DNA of 64,000 nucleotides, taken from the NCBI GenBank assembly GCA_012295275.1, contig CM022678.1, positions 12,152,001 through 12,216,000 of the forward strand, given 5' to 3'. Below, in pieces: positions 1 through 30,300 of the stretch. Below the pieces are notes generated by a model. That model had not been told where the DNA came from, did no database searches, and worked only from the letters and a program-made list of their open reading frames with translations. Every line of letters starts with the position of its first letter. Position 1 is the stretch's first letter. The position numbers and the translations under genes are program-made. This stretch comes from Chrysomallon squamiferum (Eukaryota > Animalia > Mollusca).

Positions 1-962
1 CTCAGCAACAACTAACACAGTGTCAAATGTAATCCTGTATCTATCAATTTTAAAACCACTGGCTTAAAATTAAATTCAGACATAGAAGGTGATTTCTGAG
101 AGGTTTTTCTTTCTCTACAGTAACACTCTTATAAATGGGTTTAGATTTAACCATTTAGTTTCTGGTAAAAGCCAGGAGGCAATTCCACACATAACAGATG
201 TAAATACTAACAGCATGGACAGTGAACCTCTGAGACTGATTTCAAACAACTTTTACTACAGAAACATGTGTATTTATATTTGTTTTATTAAGAGCTGGGC
301 TGAATGAGTCTTTTGCCTACAAAACTTGAAACCAAAGAATTAAATACTAAGGTTGTGTAAACACTATTTTACACGTTTGTTTTTGGGTAAGAGCCAAAAA
401 GTTGGAGTTGAAATGTGATCCCAGAACCTTCAAGTTTTGAAAATTGCTGTCTCATGACAATATTAACATTATAGGTGGAAATATATTTTAACTGTACTTT
501 TCTAACTTCTGAAAGCACTTAAATATTGCCCTATTTTTCTTTCAAGAGCGATTTCAGATCTAACTAACTTTCTGAATAAGAGACAGAATTAAAATATACA
601 TGTACAGCTGATTAATATCCACCTACCCCCAGCACAGCTGATTTCTGAGAGTACATTTATGAGTTTGTATGATTTGCTGCTTGTTTTGTGCAGCTGCTAT
701 AGAACAGTGGGTTGACCTACATGCACCTCACTCAAAGTGTTAAGTACTAGTAGCAGTCAGTTTGAGTTATTCCAAACACAAGCTGACTGCTTGATTTTGA
801 CAGCATGCCATTAGCCACTCACTCTGCCAGATAATATCCAGTCACTCTGAACAGTAACTGATGAGCCATTTTTAAAATCAAATTTTTTTTTTTTAATTTC
901 CAGATATTGATGACCATTCATCTATGTGGTTGAGGGTAACAAAAAATAATAAAAATAAAAAA

Positions 963-1041
<79 letters not shown>

Positions 1042-1094
1042 AAAATCAATTTTCTGTTATTCCAAAATTCATCTTTGTGGTTGAAAAAAAAAAA

Positions 1095-1125
<31 letters not shown>

Positions 1126-1126
1126 T

Positions 1127-1170
<44 letters not shown>

Positions 1171-1716
1171 ATAATAATAATAATAATAATAAAGTAATTA
1201 TATTACTACTAATAATAACAATAATAATTAAAAATCAATTTTCTCATTATTATCAATTAAAAAAATATTCTTCTTGGCTGAAGAGAGTGAAAACACAAAA
1301 AGAAAAATTTTTAAATTTGAAAAAGATTGGTTTTTTTTGTTTAAAAAGTGAAAACATTTCCAGACCATGTCCAGTAAATTTTACGTACACAACCTATTGA
1401 CGGCTGATGCAAGATATTATCATTATCCAGAAATTAGCAAAACAGGTTTAACTCCATTTCTGTCTACCTAATCTTCCAGCACTTTAACAATGACACTGAC
1501 TGTGAAACCACAACAAACATGCTGGAACATGTAAACGTACCAGTAAATGATTTACCAATTAATCAGACTATTTTCTCTACGGTACCCTAGTTTCTCATTA
1601 CTGTAAAAGTTAATTCAATTAATTGTTATATTTTATATTTTAAAATTTATTTTAAAGCTATTTAAATATTAATTTGCTACCAATTTACCATGTAATTACT
1701 TTAGTAGTAGTTTAAA

Positions 1717-1759
<43 letters not shown>

Positions 1760-2197
1760 GACAATAAAAGAAAGACAGTAGGTTGATACCTGATAATTAA
1801 AATGTAAACTATATTTGCAAATTAACACAATACTGCTGTTTTATATTTATTATATAAGTTAATTTAATTAATATGCACTTAAGTGTTTTTAAAAAAATCA
1901 TTTTTAATCAAAAGTTAAATAACAAAACATGTAAAAGACAACATTATATACTGAAGTTTTGTATTTAATTATAATTTCATTTGTTTATAAAAATATTTTA
2001 AAATAAAAAGATAATCCTACGGTTGTCTCATAAGTTTATTTTGAAGTGTTTTTCACAATAAGATTATTCTCACCTCCAGTGGATTAACAAAAAGTATATT
2101 TGTCCTTTTAAGGACGCTTCAAAAAACTATGTGAACAAAAGATACAGACCTCTGTTTCTGCAATCTGAGTTAGTAAATAAATAAATCTCTGACTTAC

Positions 2198-18000
<15,803 letters not shown>

Positions 18001-18533
18001 TGCGGTGGGAAATAAAAAAATAAATAAATAAATAAAAAAAATATATATGTAAAGAAAGTGAAGAAAGAAATTTCACTGCATTTTAATAGATGCCTTTCAC
18101 TAATTGTTAACATTATGGACCATTTCACAAAAATAATAATGCAAATAACTAAATCATTTGCTGGTAGACCTATTTTTTCAGTCAATACTTCGCTAGTTAA
18201 TAATAGCATACGACACTCACAGAGGAAAAAAAAAAAAAAAAAAAAAAATGGCGAAGAAAGAACAGCCGAAATATGAACACAATAGTCAAAACATTACTAT
18301 CACATGCTAGAATACTTTTTTCTATTTTAGACAAATGTAATAAATTTATTATTGTTGTTGTTGTTGCTATTATTGAATTAGAAAAAGTTAATTTTATATA
18401 TGCATGCTCAGTTTTGTCTATGATTATTATGACATTAGCTGCTTCTTAAAGAGAACTGTTTAATGAAAAATATTCATTCGCATGGTTTTGTTCTTTTTCA
18501 CTGCTGTAGTTGTCTTTTATGTTTAACTTTTCA

Positions 18534-18580
<47 letters not shown>

Positions 18581-18817
18581 AGCTACTTACATAATAATCT
18601 ATATGTAATTACTATTACACTTTCTCTTTCCTGGTTTGAAATATGCACATGCAAATAGATTCATACCTTTAAATGTATCTAAATAAATAAATAAATAAAT
18701 AATTCTAAAATATTTTGTTACAAAATGTATATTTTATTAAAAAAAAAAAAAAAAAAAAAAGTAATTTAAAAATTTAATAAATAAATAAAATGAACAAAAG
18801 CAATCATAATAATAATA

Positions 18818-18853
<36 letters not shown>

Positions 18854-20129
18854 TATAGATCGATAGACAGATCGATAGATAGTGAGGATTTTATTTTCGT
18901 TTTTCAAATTATTTGATAATCATGCATTCTTTTGTTTACATGAGTGTATAATAACGGGTTTTTTTTATTATTAAAAACTATAATAGCCTAAAAATATTAA
19001 TTTCACCAGTTTTATGCTACAGCGGGTTTCTTTACTCATTTATAAAAAAAAAAAAAAAAAAAAAAAATTAAATTTATTTATTTCGTTTGTTTTTATAATA
19101 AAATAAAATAAATAAAATTTGACATCCTATGAACATTAGAGCGGAGAACTAGAACCTAAGATACAAAGAGTCATGTCCCCTGAACTTTTATTTTTAGATT
19201 TTCAATTTGTCCATGCATGCATTTAGACAAACTAATATATTTTCATACGGAATATATATTTAAAATAATAATAAATAGTAAATTAGATGAATTGTTTCCC
19301 AATTATTTTTTCAAATAATGTAGAAATATATTAGTTACGTCATTAATTTGCAAAGATTATATTCTGCGAGAACAATCGCTTAAACGGATATTTTAAAGTA
19401 TAAACCACAAAGCGAAAAGAGACTGTAATACAGTAACAAAAAAATACAACAATAAACAAAAAGCTACAAACAAAGTAATATATTTAATGTGTCAAGCATT
19501 GTAGCTACTACTAAAGCAAAATATTAACATTATTTCTTTATTTATTTTTGTTTTGTTTGTTTGTTTCCTTACTTTATTTTATTTATTTATTTATTTATTT
19601 TTGTTATTTCAAACTGCATTACTCATTAAAATAACAAATCTAAAATTGAAACAGCATACAGAGAGAGGTCCAAAACACCTTTTTTATCTTTTTTTTGGGG
19701 GGGGTTCTTATTTTCTTATTTTTTTTTTTTTTTTATTTTTTTTTTTTTTTTTTTAATCTTTAAAGAACAAAAATTAGCTTCAGTTATAATCAAATAAGAT
19801 AAAAATTAAACACTGTGTAAAAGGATTCAAAAACCATTTTAATCTGGGAGAGTGTACTATTTGAACCGTATTTACATCTTCTGATGATTCAACTAATTGT
19901 GCAGGCTCCCCTGACTAGATTACAAGTTTAATTAATTTACTGGAATGTGCCCGATAGCCTTACCAGATATGTTACCAATTCAAATCAGTGGATCTACAAT
20001 GGAGCTAAATAAAATAAAATAAAATAGCAAAATCAATGAATGAATAAACAAAAATCGATAAATAAATAAAAAGTGTGAGTTAAATATTATCTGGTTTTAT
20101 TTATCTGTTCCCGTTTCATAAAACGTTTT

Positions 20130-20220
20130 AATATATCACGTGATTAACCGGTTTTTACAAAACATTCAGAAAGAGTTGAAGCCTACCAGTCGTTCGACTT
20201 CAAACTTTACCGGTAAGGAA
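20130..20220 (+). promoter_or_regulatory. Candidate promoter and non-coding first exon of RING gene copy 1 (duplicated at ~25890-25975)
   Basis: CpG-containing patch with palindromic E-box ATCACGTGAT (20135-20144), AACCGGTT and a donor-like CCG|GTAAGG near 20212; the CDS is preceded by an acceptor-like tttcag at 21600-21605. Confidence 0.35.
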
Positions 20221-21438
20221 AATGAACCGAAACAACAGTTAGTTCTGTTAATACCTCTACCAGCTTATATCAGTTCTTCTACCACTGTTTTATATTACTA
20301 GTCATAGATCTTTCTATTTTTAGGTAACAATGTTATCACCGTAGAATAAAGTTACTAAACTCTAAATGAATTAGGAATGCTCTCATGAATAGCTTTACAA
20401 ATTACAGGTATTTATTTATATGCTGTACATTCATATATTTATGCTTTTCTTTTATACAGGAAGTATAAATATATACTTTCTAATTTGTTTAAGATTCATT
20501 CTTTCTATTTTATCCTATTTCACAGTTATATATACAATGACAGAAAAAAAAAGTCGTTACTTCCTACTTTAGTTTCAGGTTATTACAAATGACAGTTATA
20601 TAAAATAAGTAGGTAATTATTTTAATGAATTGTTTTTTTACTCTTCTTGATTATATTATTATAGAGGCTATTTGATATGGGTGGTCACTATTCGTTTTCA
20701 AATATTAAGACTTCAACATAAGGCGGTTTAACTTTGCGTTGTATAGCCTACGTAAATTTACCATTAAAAACTATTTATAGATTTCTTGGAAATTTGGAAA
20801 CATTATATGTCGATAAAACCTGGTCTCTGTTTATCCATTCTTTTATTATTTTATTTCATTCCAATTTTTATTATTTAAAAAAAAATTTTTTTAAAAAATA
20901 TTGTGTTTATTATAATACTCATTACGTAACTATGAATTCATTTTAATATCTGTTCTGTCGTATTGGTTCTTCGTGTGTGTGTGTGTGTGTGTGTTTTTTT
21001 TTAATTTCTTTATTTTTTTATTATTTTATATTATTTTTATTTTATTTTATTTTATTTTTTTAATTTATTTATTTATTTATCTATTTATTTATTTATTTAT
21101 TTTTAATGAATTTATTTATTTTTAATGGATTTATTTATTTAGTTATTTGCTGGAGAGATAGAATATTCGGCACTTGGAAAATTCACCGGATTTAATGTTA
21201 TATTCTGGAGTGTAGTTTATAAGTTGTTTGGTTTCCATCTCCTGAATTATTATAATTTCATTCAGTTAATTATTTACGGCTAGTGTCAATATATTTATAA
21301 TTACCGAAAATAGATAAATTCATCTATTCATCATATCCCTGTGTGTCTATGTGTGTGTGTGTGTATGTGTGTGTGTGTGTGTTTTAGCAGTGATGAAGTC
21401 GATACAAAATAATAAGTTTTACTTTCTTATTTCTTTCA

Positions 21439-21471
<33 letters not shown>

Positions 21472-21542
21472 GATATATATCATAATTAATGTCGGTGTTC
21501 TTTTTGTTGTTTTAAATTACTATTTTCTTTTTACTGACCTTC

Positions 21543-21604
<62 letters not shown>

Positions 21605-21614
21605 GTTGTTAAAG

Positions 21615-22760
21615 ATGGCGGCTGCAAATTCAACTGAAGGTCACATTTCATGCAGCCTGTGTCTTGACGTGTTTAAAGATCCACGGACACTGACCTGTGG
21701 ACATACTTTTTGTCGTACCTGTCTACAGAACCACATCAACTGTAGAGAACACGAAGGTATTTTACAGTGTCCCCACTGCAGGAATACCATACACATTCCT
21801 GATCGACAGAAGCCACGCAATTCATACGCTGAACAGTTGTTACGAGTTCCGGCTCTAGTAGACGCCATAGACGGATTTAAAAAATTACAGATCGAGGAGA
21901 AGAAGAGGCTGAAGAAAAAGCTTAAACGCTGCAAACAACCAACCATCACTGAAATGACGTACATAGGACCAGAGCGTGCGTCAGCAGTACTGCAACATTA
22001 CAAAACTTTGGATACAAGGACGCCGCCATACGATAGCTTTCATCCCAATATAAAAAGTGTGCTAGTTATAGAATCTGCAAAAATTGTTTTTAGTGACTGT
22101 GCCAATTGTTCTATAAAAATGTTCAGTTTACAGACATGTCATTTAGAAAAACTTCTTCCGACTTCTGGTCGGCCTTTTGGTCTAGCAGAGTCACGTGACC
22201 TACACCTAATATGCACTCTACCTTGGGAAAGAGAAATAGTGTATCTGAATTTGCGACTGAATTTCAAATTGACGCAGCGACTGAAAACAGAGAAAGAGTA
22301 CTTCTATATTTCCGTGTTATCTAACAACCAGACGGTGGTCAGTGGGGGATGGCATGGATGTATAGATATACTGGACCAATCTGGTCAGATCATAAAATCT
22401 TTGTCCGTGGACGTCCCTGTCTGGCATATTGTGATAAATGACGAACGTCTTGTGTTTGCGTCTGAAGGGAATGCACTTAAGCGTATGGCGTTATCAGGAC
22501 ATGTGACGCAGCTGTCACGTGATTCGAGAAATCTGCGTAATATTCGAGGAGTTGCCTGTGACACGGAGGGTTTTGTTTATGTCTGTTGCAAAGAAGGTAA
22601 CTCAATTGTTCAGCTGTCCAGTAAAAGTGAAATTATTCGAGATGTCATCAACGATTCACGGTTTATTTGCAAACCCGAAACCGTCTGCTGTTTCCAGGAC
22701 AAACTTTGTGTAGCTCAAGAAGACGGAGTTGCTAAAATCTTTACTTGGTGCAACATGTAA
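21615..22760 (+). CDS. RING-HC (C3HC4) E3 ligase with C-terminal NHL/beta-propeller-like repeats, TRIM-like, copy 1 (381 aa)
   Basis: CSLC-x-CGHTFC-xx-C...CPHC RING; basic helix EEKKRLKKKLKR; propeller-like blades (RPFGLA, NIRGVACDTEGFVYVC, KPETVCC). Single coding exon; ATG in aagATGg context just after an acceptor. ORF-track start is a TTG 9 nt upstream. Confidence 0.88.
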   Translation: MAAANSTEGHISCSLCLDVFKDPRTLTCGHTFCRTCLQNHINCREHEGILQCPHCRNTIHIPDRQKPRNSYAEQLLRVPALVDAIDGFKKLQIEEKKRLKKKLKRCKQPTITEMTYIGPERASAVLQHYKTLDTRTPPYDSFHPNIKSVLVIESAKIVFSDCANCSIKMFSLQTCHLEKLLPTSGRPFGLAESRDLHLICTLPWEREIVYLNLRLNFKLTQRLKTEKEYFYISVLSNNQTVVSGGWHGCIDILDQSGQIIKSLSVDVPVWHIVINDERLVFASEGNALKRMALSGHVTQLSRDSRNLRNIRGVACDTEGFVYVCCKEGNSIVQLSSKSEIIRDVINDSRFICKPETVCCFQDKLCVAQEDGVAKIFTWCNM

Positions 22761-24030
22761 CACTGAAAGCAAAATAGAGTTATCAACGATCTAATAATAA
22801 TAGTTTTATCCGTAGTGAAATATTTTATATTATAATGGAAATTATGTTCATCCATAATAATTGTATGTTTTTTAATCGTTACAATTTTTACTTTTCAGTG
22901 CTTTTGCTCCTTCTGCTGTAACCATTTCATTACTATCAATTTCAGCACAACCAGCAATCACTGAATAAAAGTTTGACTCTAAATTATCACTGTATATATA
23001 TTTTCATGTTAATTAAAATATATTATTCTACTGAATATGTATTCTTATTTATTTATCGTTTAACATTTGGAAAATCAGTAGTTTAATAGCCTGGATAATG
23101 TGTCCCTCCCAGATTTTTTTTCTTCCAGTTCGTCTCTATATATTTACCAAAATAATGAGGAAATTTAGTATACTGATGTGAAAATATTGAGGAAAATGAG
23201 TTCTAAAAAAAACTGTATTGTTATCCAAGTCTGAAAATTTCAATATATCTGTAATTTAAAGGATCAAGAACCTAAGATTCGCCAAATATTAGGTACAAAT
23301 GTTCGTGAGGAATAAATATTCGTTCCGCCGGGGTTACAAATATTCTTTTACACCGGTCTACAGATATTGACCCATAAGGAAACCCGCTCTGTACTCAAAA
23401 GCTTATTCCTCATGCATAACGTTTTGTTATCGAGGTTGAAAAAAGAAACAATACAAACCAGGCTTTTTAAAACTGTTTATTGTCGTTTTCTGGATGATAA
23501 AGTTCTTAGTAAGTAGATAACCCATCCTGTCATTCAGCAAACGACTAGAGAAAACAATGACGGTATTTATTTATATATTCTGTAATAATTAAGTTATTAC
23601 GATTATTTAGAAGTTTTATAGTCCAATTAAAAAACTGAAGTTGAGTTAATTAACTAGAAATAAAATGTTCCAGACTGATTAATACAATAACGTCTGATCA
23701 AAATAGAAATTATTTATATTCTTTATAAAAAAAAATGTAAATGTACAACTTCAAAATAAGGTTGAATTTATTTAATTAATTACGGTTGTCTGTTTATATC
23801 TTTCTTCTAATGATGCTAACGTGATATGAAAACATTCTAAAATATTCTATGCTACGGATACTCTATGATGAAACAAACACAAGTTGTAATATAAGAGAAA
23901 CAAGTATTGTATTCAAACAGGACGTTAACTCACAGAATGACTAATGATATACTTCCTTAGCGTTCATCCAGTTGTCGGTCCGTCCATCCATCTATCCATC
24001 CAGAATTCCAATATAAGCAAGTGAGAAAAA

Positions 24031-24734
24031 TCACGTGCGCAATAACTCCAGACGGATATCCGGACTGAGAGTCAGATGTTTGGATTCGCATCTTCTGAAA
24101 AGTGTAAACGTTTTTCCAGGTACACCATTTAGGTTCTCCATGACACCGTACACGCTGGAGCTGTCCACCATGATGCTGTCGCTGTCTGTGTTGCCCTCGT
24201 CGACGTACATTGATCGGAATGTGGCAAATGGAAATCCATTACTGGACTGTTTAAATATGAGCTCAGAAACAACAAGTTCCGTTCTGTCCACTTTCGAAAT
24301 CAACGTCAGCTTTGCTTTTTCTCCATTTCTGTAAAGAATCTTCAGCTCTCGTTTATCGACGTCGATATCCACTTGATCAATGGGAGCAGAAGGTCTGACG
24401 AGGTTAGGATCAGATGTTCCAACGACAACTGATGTTCCGAACGGAATCCAGTCTAATCCAGGAGGAGCGAGGGGCAGCAGACGAACGTTTCCGTCCTGAT
24501 AGAGAACAAAAATCTCACTGAAACCTTTGGCCCAAGGAACAGTCAGGGCGATTTTAAAATAATCAGTATGAAAATTCTTTCTAGTATTCACTATCTTAAC
24601 CTTCATGGTTTCCGGAGCTCTCCACCAAAAATCCTCATCAGTTCCTTCTATTGTAATTTCATTGTTAGAATGCACTGGGAAAACCGTTTGGTTTAATACG
24701 GCGTCTTTCTAATTTGAGCTCCTCAATGAAATGA
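24031..24734 (-). pseudogene. 5'-truncated duplicate of the 592-aa secreted protein gene (C-terminal ~230 codons only)
   Basis: Matches 29775-30480 but stops at the duplication breakpoint; no signal peptide or promoter; 2-bp deletion at ~24685 (aaaacc|gttt vs aaaaccctgttt); the internal ATG is GTG here. Confidence 0.88.
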
Positions 24735-24822
24735 TTATTATTAAAAACTATTTTGGCCTAAAAATATTAATTTCACCAGTTTTATACTACAGCGGGTTTC
24801 TTTACTCATTTATTAAAAAAAA

Positions 24823-24853
<31 letters not shown>

Positions 24854-27063
24854 AATTTGTTTTTATAATAAAATAAAATAAATAAAATTTGACATCCTAT
24901 AAACATTAGAGGGGGGGAACTAGAACCTAAGATACGAAGAGTTATGTCCCCTGAACTTTTATTTTTAGATTTTGAATGTGTCCATGCATGCATTTAGACA
25001 AACTAATATATTTTGATACGGAATATATATTTAAAATAATAATAAATAGTAAATTAGATGAATCGTTTCCCAATAATGTAGAAATATATTAGTTAAGTCA
25101 TCAATTTGCAAAGATTATATCTGGGAGAACAATCGCTTAAACGGAAATTTTAAAGTATAAAACAGAAAGCGAAAACAGACTGTAATAAAATAACAAAAAA
25201 ACACAACAACAAACAAAAAGCTACAAACACAGTAATACATTTAATGTGTCAAGCATTGTAGCTACTACTAAAGCAAAATATTAACATTATTTATTTATTT
25301 ATTTTTGATTTGTTTATTTCTTTCTTTTTTTTTTTTTTTTTTTTTTTTATTTTTTTTTTATTTCAAACTGCACTACTCATCAAAATACGTATAAAAAATT
25401 TAAAATTGAAACAGCACACAGAGAGAGGTCCAAAACACCTTTTTTATCTTTTTTTTTTTTTTTTTTTTTGGTTTTTCTTATTTTTCTTATTTTCTTTTTA
25501 TTTTTTTGAAATCTTTAAAGAACAAAAATTAGCTTTAGTTATAATCAAATCAGATAAAAATTAAACACTGTGTAAAAGGATTCAAAAACCACTTTAATCT
25601 GGGAGAGTGTACTATTTGAACCGTATTTACATCTTCTGATGATTCAACTAATTGTGCAGGCTCCCCTGAGTAGATTACAAGTTTAATTAATTTACTGGAA
25701 TGTGCCCAATAGCCTTACCAGATATGTTACCAATTGCAAATCAGTAGATCTACAATGGAGCTAAATAAAATAAAATAAAATAGCAAAATCAATGAATGAA
25801 TAAACAAAAATCGATAAATAAATAAAAAGTGTCAGTTAAATATTATCTGGTTTTATTTATCTGTTCCCGTTTCATAAAACGTTTTAATATATCACGTGAT
25901 TAACCGGTTTTTACAAAACATTCAGAAAGAGTTGAAGCCTACCAGTCGTTCGACTTCAAATTTTACCGGTAAGGAAAATGAACCGAAACAACAGTTAGTT
26001 CTGTTAATACCTCTACCAGCTTATATCAGTTCTTCTACCACTGTTTTATATTACTAGTCATTGCTCTTTCTATTTTTAGGTAACAATGTTATCACCGTAG
26101 AATAAAGTTACTAAACTCTAAATGAATTAGGAATGCTCTCATGCATAGCTTTACAAATTACAGGTATTTATATGCAGTACATTCATATATTTATGCTTTT
26201 CTTTTATACAGGAAGTATAAATATATACTTTCTAATTTGTTTAAGATTCATTCTTTCTATTTTATCCTATTTCACAGTTATATATACAATGACAGAAAAA
26301 AAAGTCGTTACTTCCTACTTTAGTTTCAGGTTATTACAAATGACAGTTATATAAAATAAGTAGGTAATTATTTTTGATGAATTGTTTTTTTACTCTTTTT
26401 GATTATATTATTATAGAGGCTATTTGAACTGGGTGGTCACTATTCGTTTTCAAATATTAAGACTTCAACATAAGGCGGTTTAACTTTGCGTTGTATAGCC
26501 TACGTAAATTTACCATTAAAAACTAATTATAGATTTCTTGGAAATTTGGAAACATTATATGTCGATAAAACCTGGTCTCTGTTTATCCATTCTTTTATTA
26601 TTTTGTTTCATTCCAATTTTTATTACTTTTTTTTTTAATATTGTGTGTTTATTATAATACTAATTACGTACCCATGAATTCATTTTAATATCTGCTCTGT
26701 CGTACTGGTTCTTCATGTGTGTGTTTGTGTGTGTGTGTGTTTAGTTTTTTTAATTTGTTTATTTTTTATTATTTTTTATTATTTTTATTTTATATTTTTA
26801 ATTTATTTATTTGTTTATTTTTTTATTTTTTTATTAATTTATTTGTTTAGTTATTTGCTGGAGAATATTCGGCACTTGGAAAATTCACAGGATTTAATAT
26901 TGTGTCATATTCTGGAGTGTAGTTTATAAATTGTTTGGTTTCCATTTCCTGAATGATTATAATTTCACTGAGTTATTTACGGCTAGTGTCAATATATTTA
27001 TAATTACCGAAAATAGATAAATTTATCTATTCATCATATCCTGCGTGTGTGTGTGTGTCTGTG

Positions 27064-27103
<40 letters not shown>

Positions 27104-27263
27104 CAGTAGTGATGAAGTCGATACAAAATAATAATAGTTTTACTTTCTTATTTCTTTCATTTTTTTTCTTTTTCTCTTTAAATTTGATATATATCATCAT
27201 TAATGTCGGTGTTGTTTTTGTTGTTTGTAATTACTGTTTTCTTTTTACTGGCCTTGGTATTAC

Positions 27264-27306
<43 letters not shown>

Positions 27307-30300
27307 CTTTCAGTTGTTAAAGATGGCGGCTGCAAATTCAACTGAAGGTCACATTTCATGCAGCCTGTGTCTTGACGTGTTTAAAGATCCACGGACACTG
27401 ACCTGTGGACATACTTTTTGTCGTACCTGTCTACAGAACCACATCAACTGTAGAGAACACGAAGGTATTTTACAGTGTCCCCACTGCAGGAATACCATAC
27501 ACATTCCTGATCGACAGAAGCCACGCAATTCATACGCTGAACAGTTTTTACGAGTTCCGGCTCTAGTAGACGCCATAGATGGATTTAAAAAATTACAGAT
27601 CGGGGAGAAGAAGAGGCTGAAGAAAAAGCTTAAACGCTGCAGACAACCAACCATCACTGAAATGACGTACATAGGACCAGAGCGTGCGTCAGCAGTACTG
27701 CAACATTACAAAACTTTGGATACAAGGACGCCGCCATACGATAGCTTTCATCCCAATATAAAAAGTGTGCTAGTTATAGAATCTGCAAAAATTGTTTTTA
27801 GTGACTGTGCCAATTGTTCTATAAAAATGTTCAGTTTACAGACATGTCATTTAGAAAAACTTCTTCCGACTTCTGGTCGGCCTTTTGGTCTAGCAGAGTC
27901 ACGTGACCTACACCTAATATGCACTCTACCTTGGGAAAGAGAAATAGTGTATCTAAATTTGCGACTGAACTTCAAATTGACGCAGCGACTGAAAACAGAG
28001 AAAGAGTACTTCTATATTTCCGTGTTATCTAACAACCAGACGGTGGTCAGTGGGGGATGGCATGGATGTATAGATATACTGGACCAATCTGGTCAGATCA
28101 TAAAATCTTTGTCCGTGGACGTCCCTGTCTGGCATATTGTGATAAATGACGAACGTCTTGTGTTTGCGTCTGAAGGGAATGCACTTAAGTGTATGGCTTT
28201 ATCAGGACATGTGACGCAGCTGTCACGTGATTCGAGAAATCTGCGTAATATTCGAGGAGTTGCCTGTGACACGGAGGGTTTTGTTTATGTCTGTTGCAAA
28301 GAAGGTAACTCAATTGTTCAGCTGTCCAGTAAAAGTGAAATTATTCGAGATGTCATCAACGATTCACGGTTTATTTGCAAACCCGAAACCGTCTGCTGTT
28401 TCCAGGACAAACTTTGTGTAGCTCAAGAAGACGGAGTTGCTAAAATCTTTACTTGGTGCAACATGTAACACTGAAAGCAAAATACAGTTATCAACGATCT
28501 AATAATAATAGTTTTATCCGTAGTGAAATATTTTATATTATAATGGAAATTATGTTCATCCATAATAATTGTATGTTTTTTAATCGTTACAATTTTTACT
28601 TTTCAGTGCTTTTGCTCCTTCTGCTGCAACCATTTCATTACTATCAATTTCAGCACAACCAGCAATCAATGAATAAAAGTTTGTCTCTAAATTATCACTG
28701 TATATATATTTTCATGTTAATTAAAATATATTATTCTACTGAATATGTATTCTTATTTATTTATCGTTTAACATTTGGAAAATCAGTAGTTTAATAGCCT
28801 GGATAATGTGTCCCTCCCAGATTTTTTTTCTTCCAGTTCGTCTCTATATATTTACCAAAATAATGAGGAAATTGAGTATACTGATGTGAAAATATTGAGG
28901 AAAATGAGTTCTAAAAAAACCTGTATTGTTATCCAAGTCTGAAAATTTCAATATATCTGTAATTTAAAGGATGAAGAACCTAAGATTCGCCAAATATTAC
29001 GTACAAATGTTCGTTAGGAATAAATATTCGTTCCGCCGGGGTTACAAATATTCGAGGGAACAAATATTCTTTTACACCGGTCTACAGATATTGACCCATA
29101 AGGAAGCCCGCTCTGTAATCAAAAGCTTATTCCTCATGCATAACGTTTTGTTATCGAGGTTGAAAAAAGAAACAATACAAACCAGGCTTTTTAAAACTGT
29201 TTATTGTCGTTTTCTGGATGATAAAGTTCTTAGTAAGTAGATAACCCATCCTGTCATTCAGCAAACGACTAGATAAAACAATGACGGTATTTATTTATAT
29301 ATTCTATAATAATTAAGTTATTACGATTATTTAGAAGTTTTATAGTCCAATTAAAAAACTGAAGTTGAGTTAATTAACTAGAAATAAAATGTTCCAGACT
29401 GATTAGTACAATATCGTCTGATCAAAATAGAAATTATTTATATTCTTTATAAAAAAAATGTAAATGTACAACTTCAAAATAAGGTTGTTTTAATATAGGT
29501 TATATCTATTTGATGAATAATAATTTATCTTTCTTCTAATGATGCTAACGTGATATGAAAACATTCTAAAATATTCTATGCTACGGATACTCTATGATGA
29601 AACACAAGTTGTAAAAGAAAAGAAACAAGTATTTTATTCAAACAGGACAAGATATCTGCGGTCTGGCGTTAACTCACAGAATGACTAATGATATACTTCC
29701 TTAGCGTTCATCCAGTTGTCGGTCCGTCCATCCATCTATCCATCCAGAATTCCAATATAAGCAAGTGAGAAAAATCACGTGCGCAATAACTCCAGACGGA
29801 TATCCGGACTGAGAGTCAGATGTTTGGATTCGCATCTTCTGAAAAGTGTAAACGTTTTTCCAGGTACACCATTTAGGTTCTCCATGACACCGTACACGCT
29901 GGAGCTGTCCACCATGATGCTGTCGCTGTCTGTGTTGCCCTCGTCGACGTACATTGATCGGAATGTGGCAAATGGAAATCCCTTACTGGACTGTTTAAAT
30001 ATGAGCTCAGAAACAACAAGTTCCGTTCTGTCCACTTTCGAAATCAACGTCAGCTTTGCTTTTTCTCCATTTCTGTAAAGAATCTTCAACTCTCGTTTTT
30101 CGACGTCAATATCCACTTGATCAATGGGAGCAGAAGGTCTGACGAGGTTAGGATCAGATGTTCCAACGACAACTGATGTTCCGAACGGAATCCAGTCTAA
30201 TCCAGGAGGAGCGAGGGGCAGCAGACGAACGTTTCCGTCCTGATAGAGAACAAAAATCTCACTGAAACCTTTGGCCCAAGGAACAGACAGGGCGATTTTA

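Larger units (their letters stand above)
18965..24734. repeat. Tandem segmental duplication, unit 1 (5,770 bp)
   Basis: Near-identical to 24735-30480 along its whole length, including promoter, RING gene and 3' half of the secreted gene. Confidence 0.95.

Noticed and set aside
1-2197. Further Scribble exons left of 2198
   Set aside because: No LRR-like reading frame with splice sites found; the next exon is presumably outside the window.
23088-23360. Short inverted ends (agcctggataa...ttatccaagtct) and a ...tttacaccgg terminus suggesting small DNA-transposon remnants, duplicated at ~28796-29080
   Set aside because: Inverted match too short and no clear target-site duplication; not supportable by eye.
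24031-24675. 214-aa ORF as an independent gene
   Set aside because: Starts at GTG, has no promoter or signal peptide, is preceded by a frameshift and cut by the duplication breakpoint; treated as a pseudogene fragment.
27203-27322. Hydrophobic poly-Leu N-terminal extension (apparent signal or TM anchor) on RING copy 2
   Set aside because: Derived from an intronic (TTA)n microsatellite upstream of the acceptor; the equivalent frame in copy 1 is closed by a stop.
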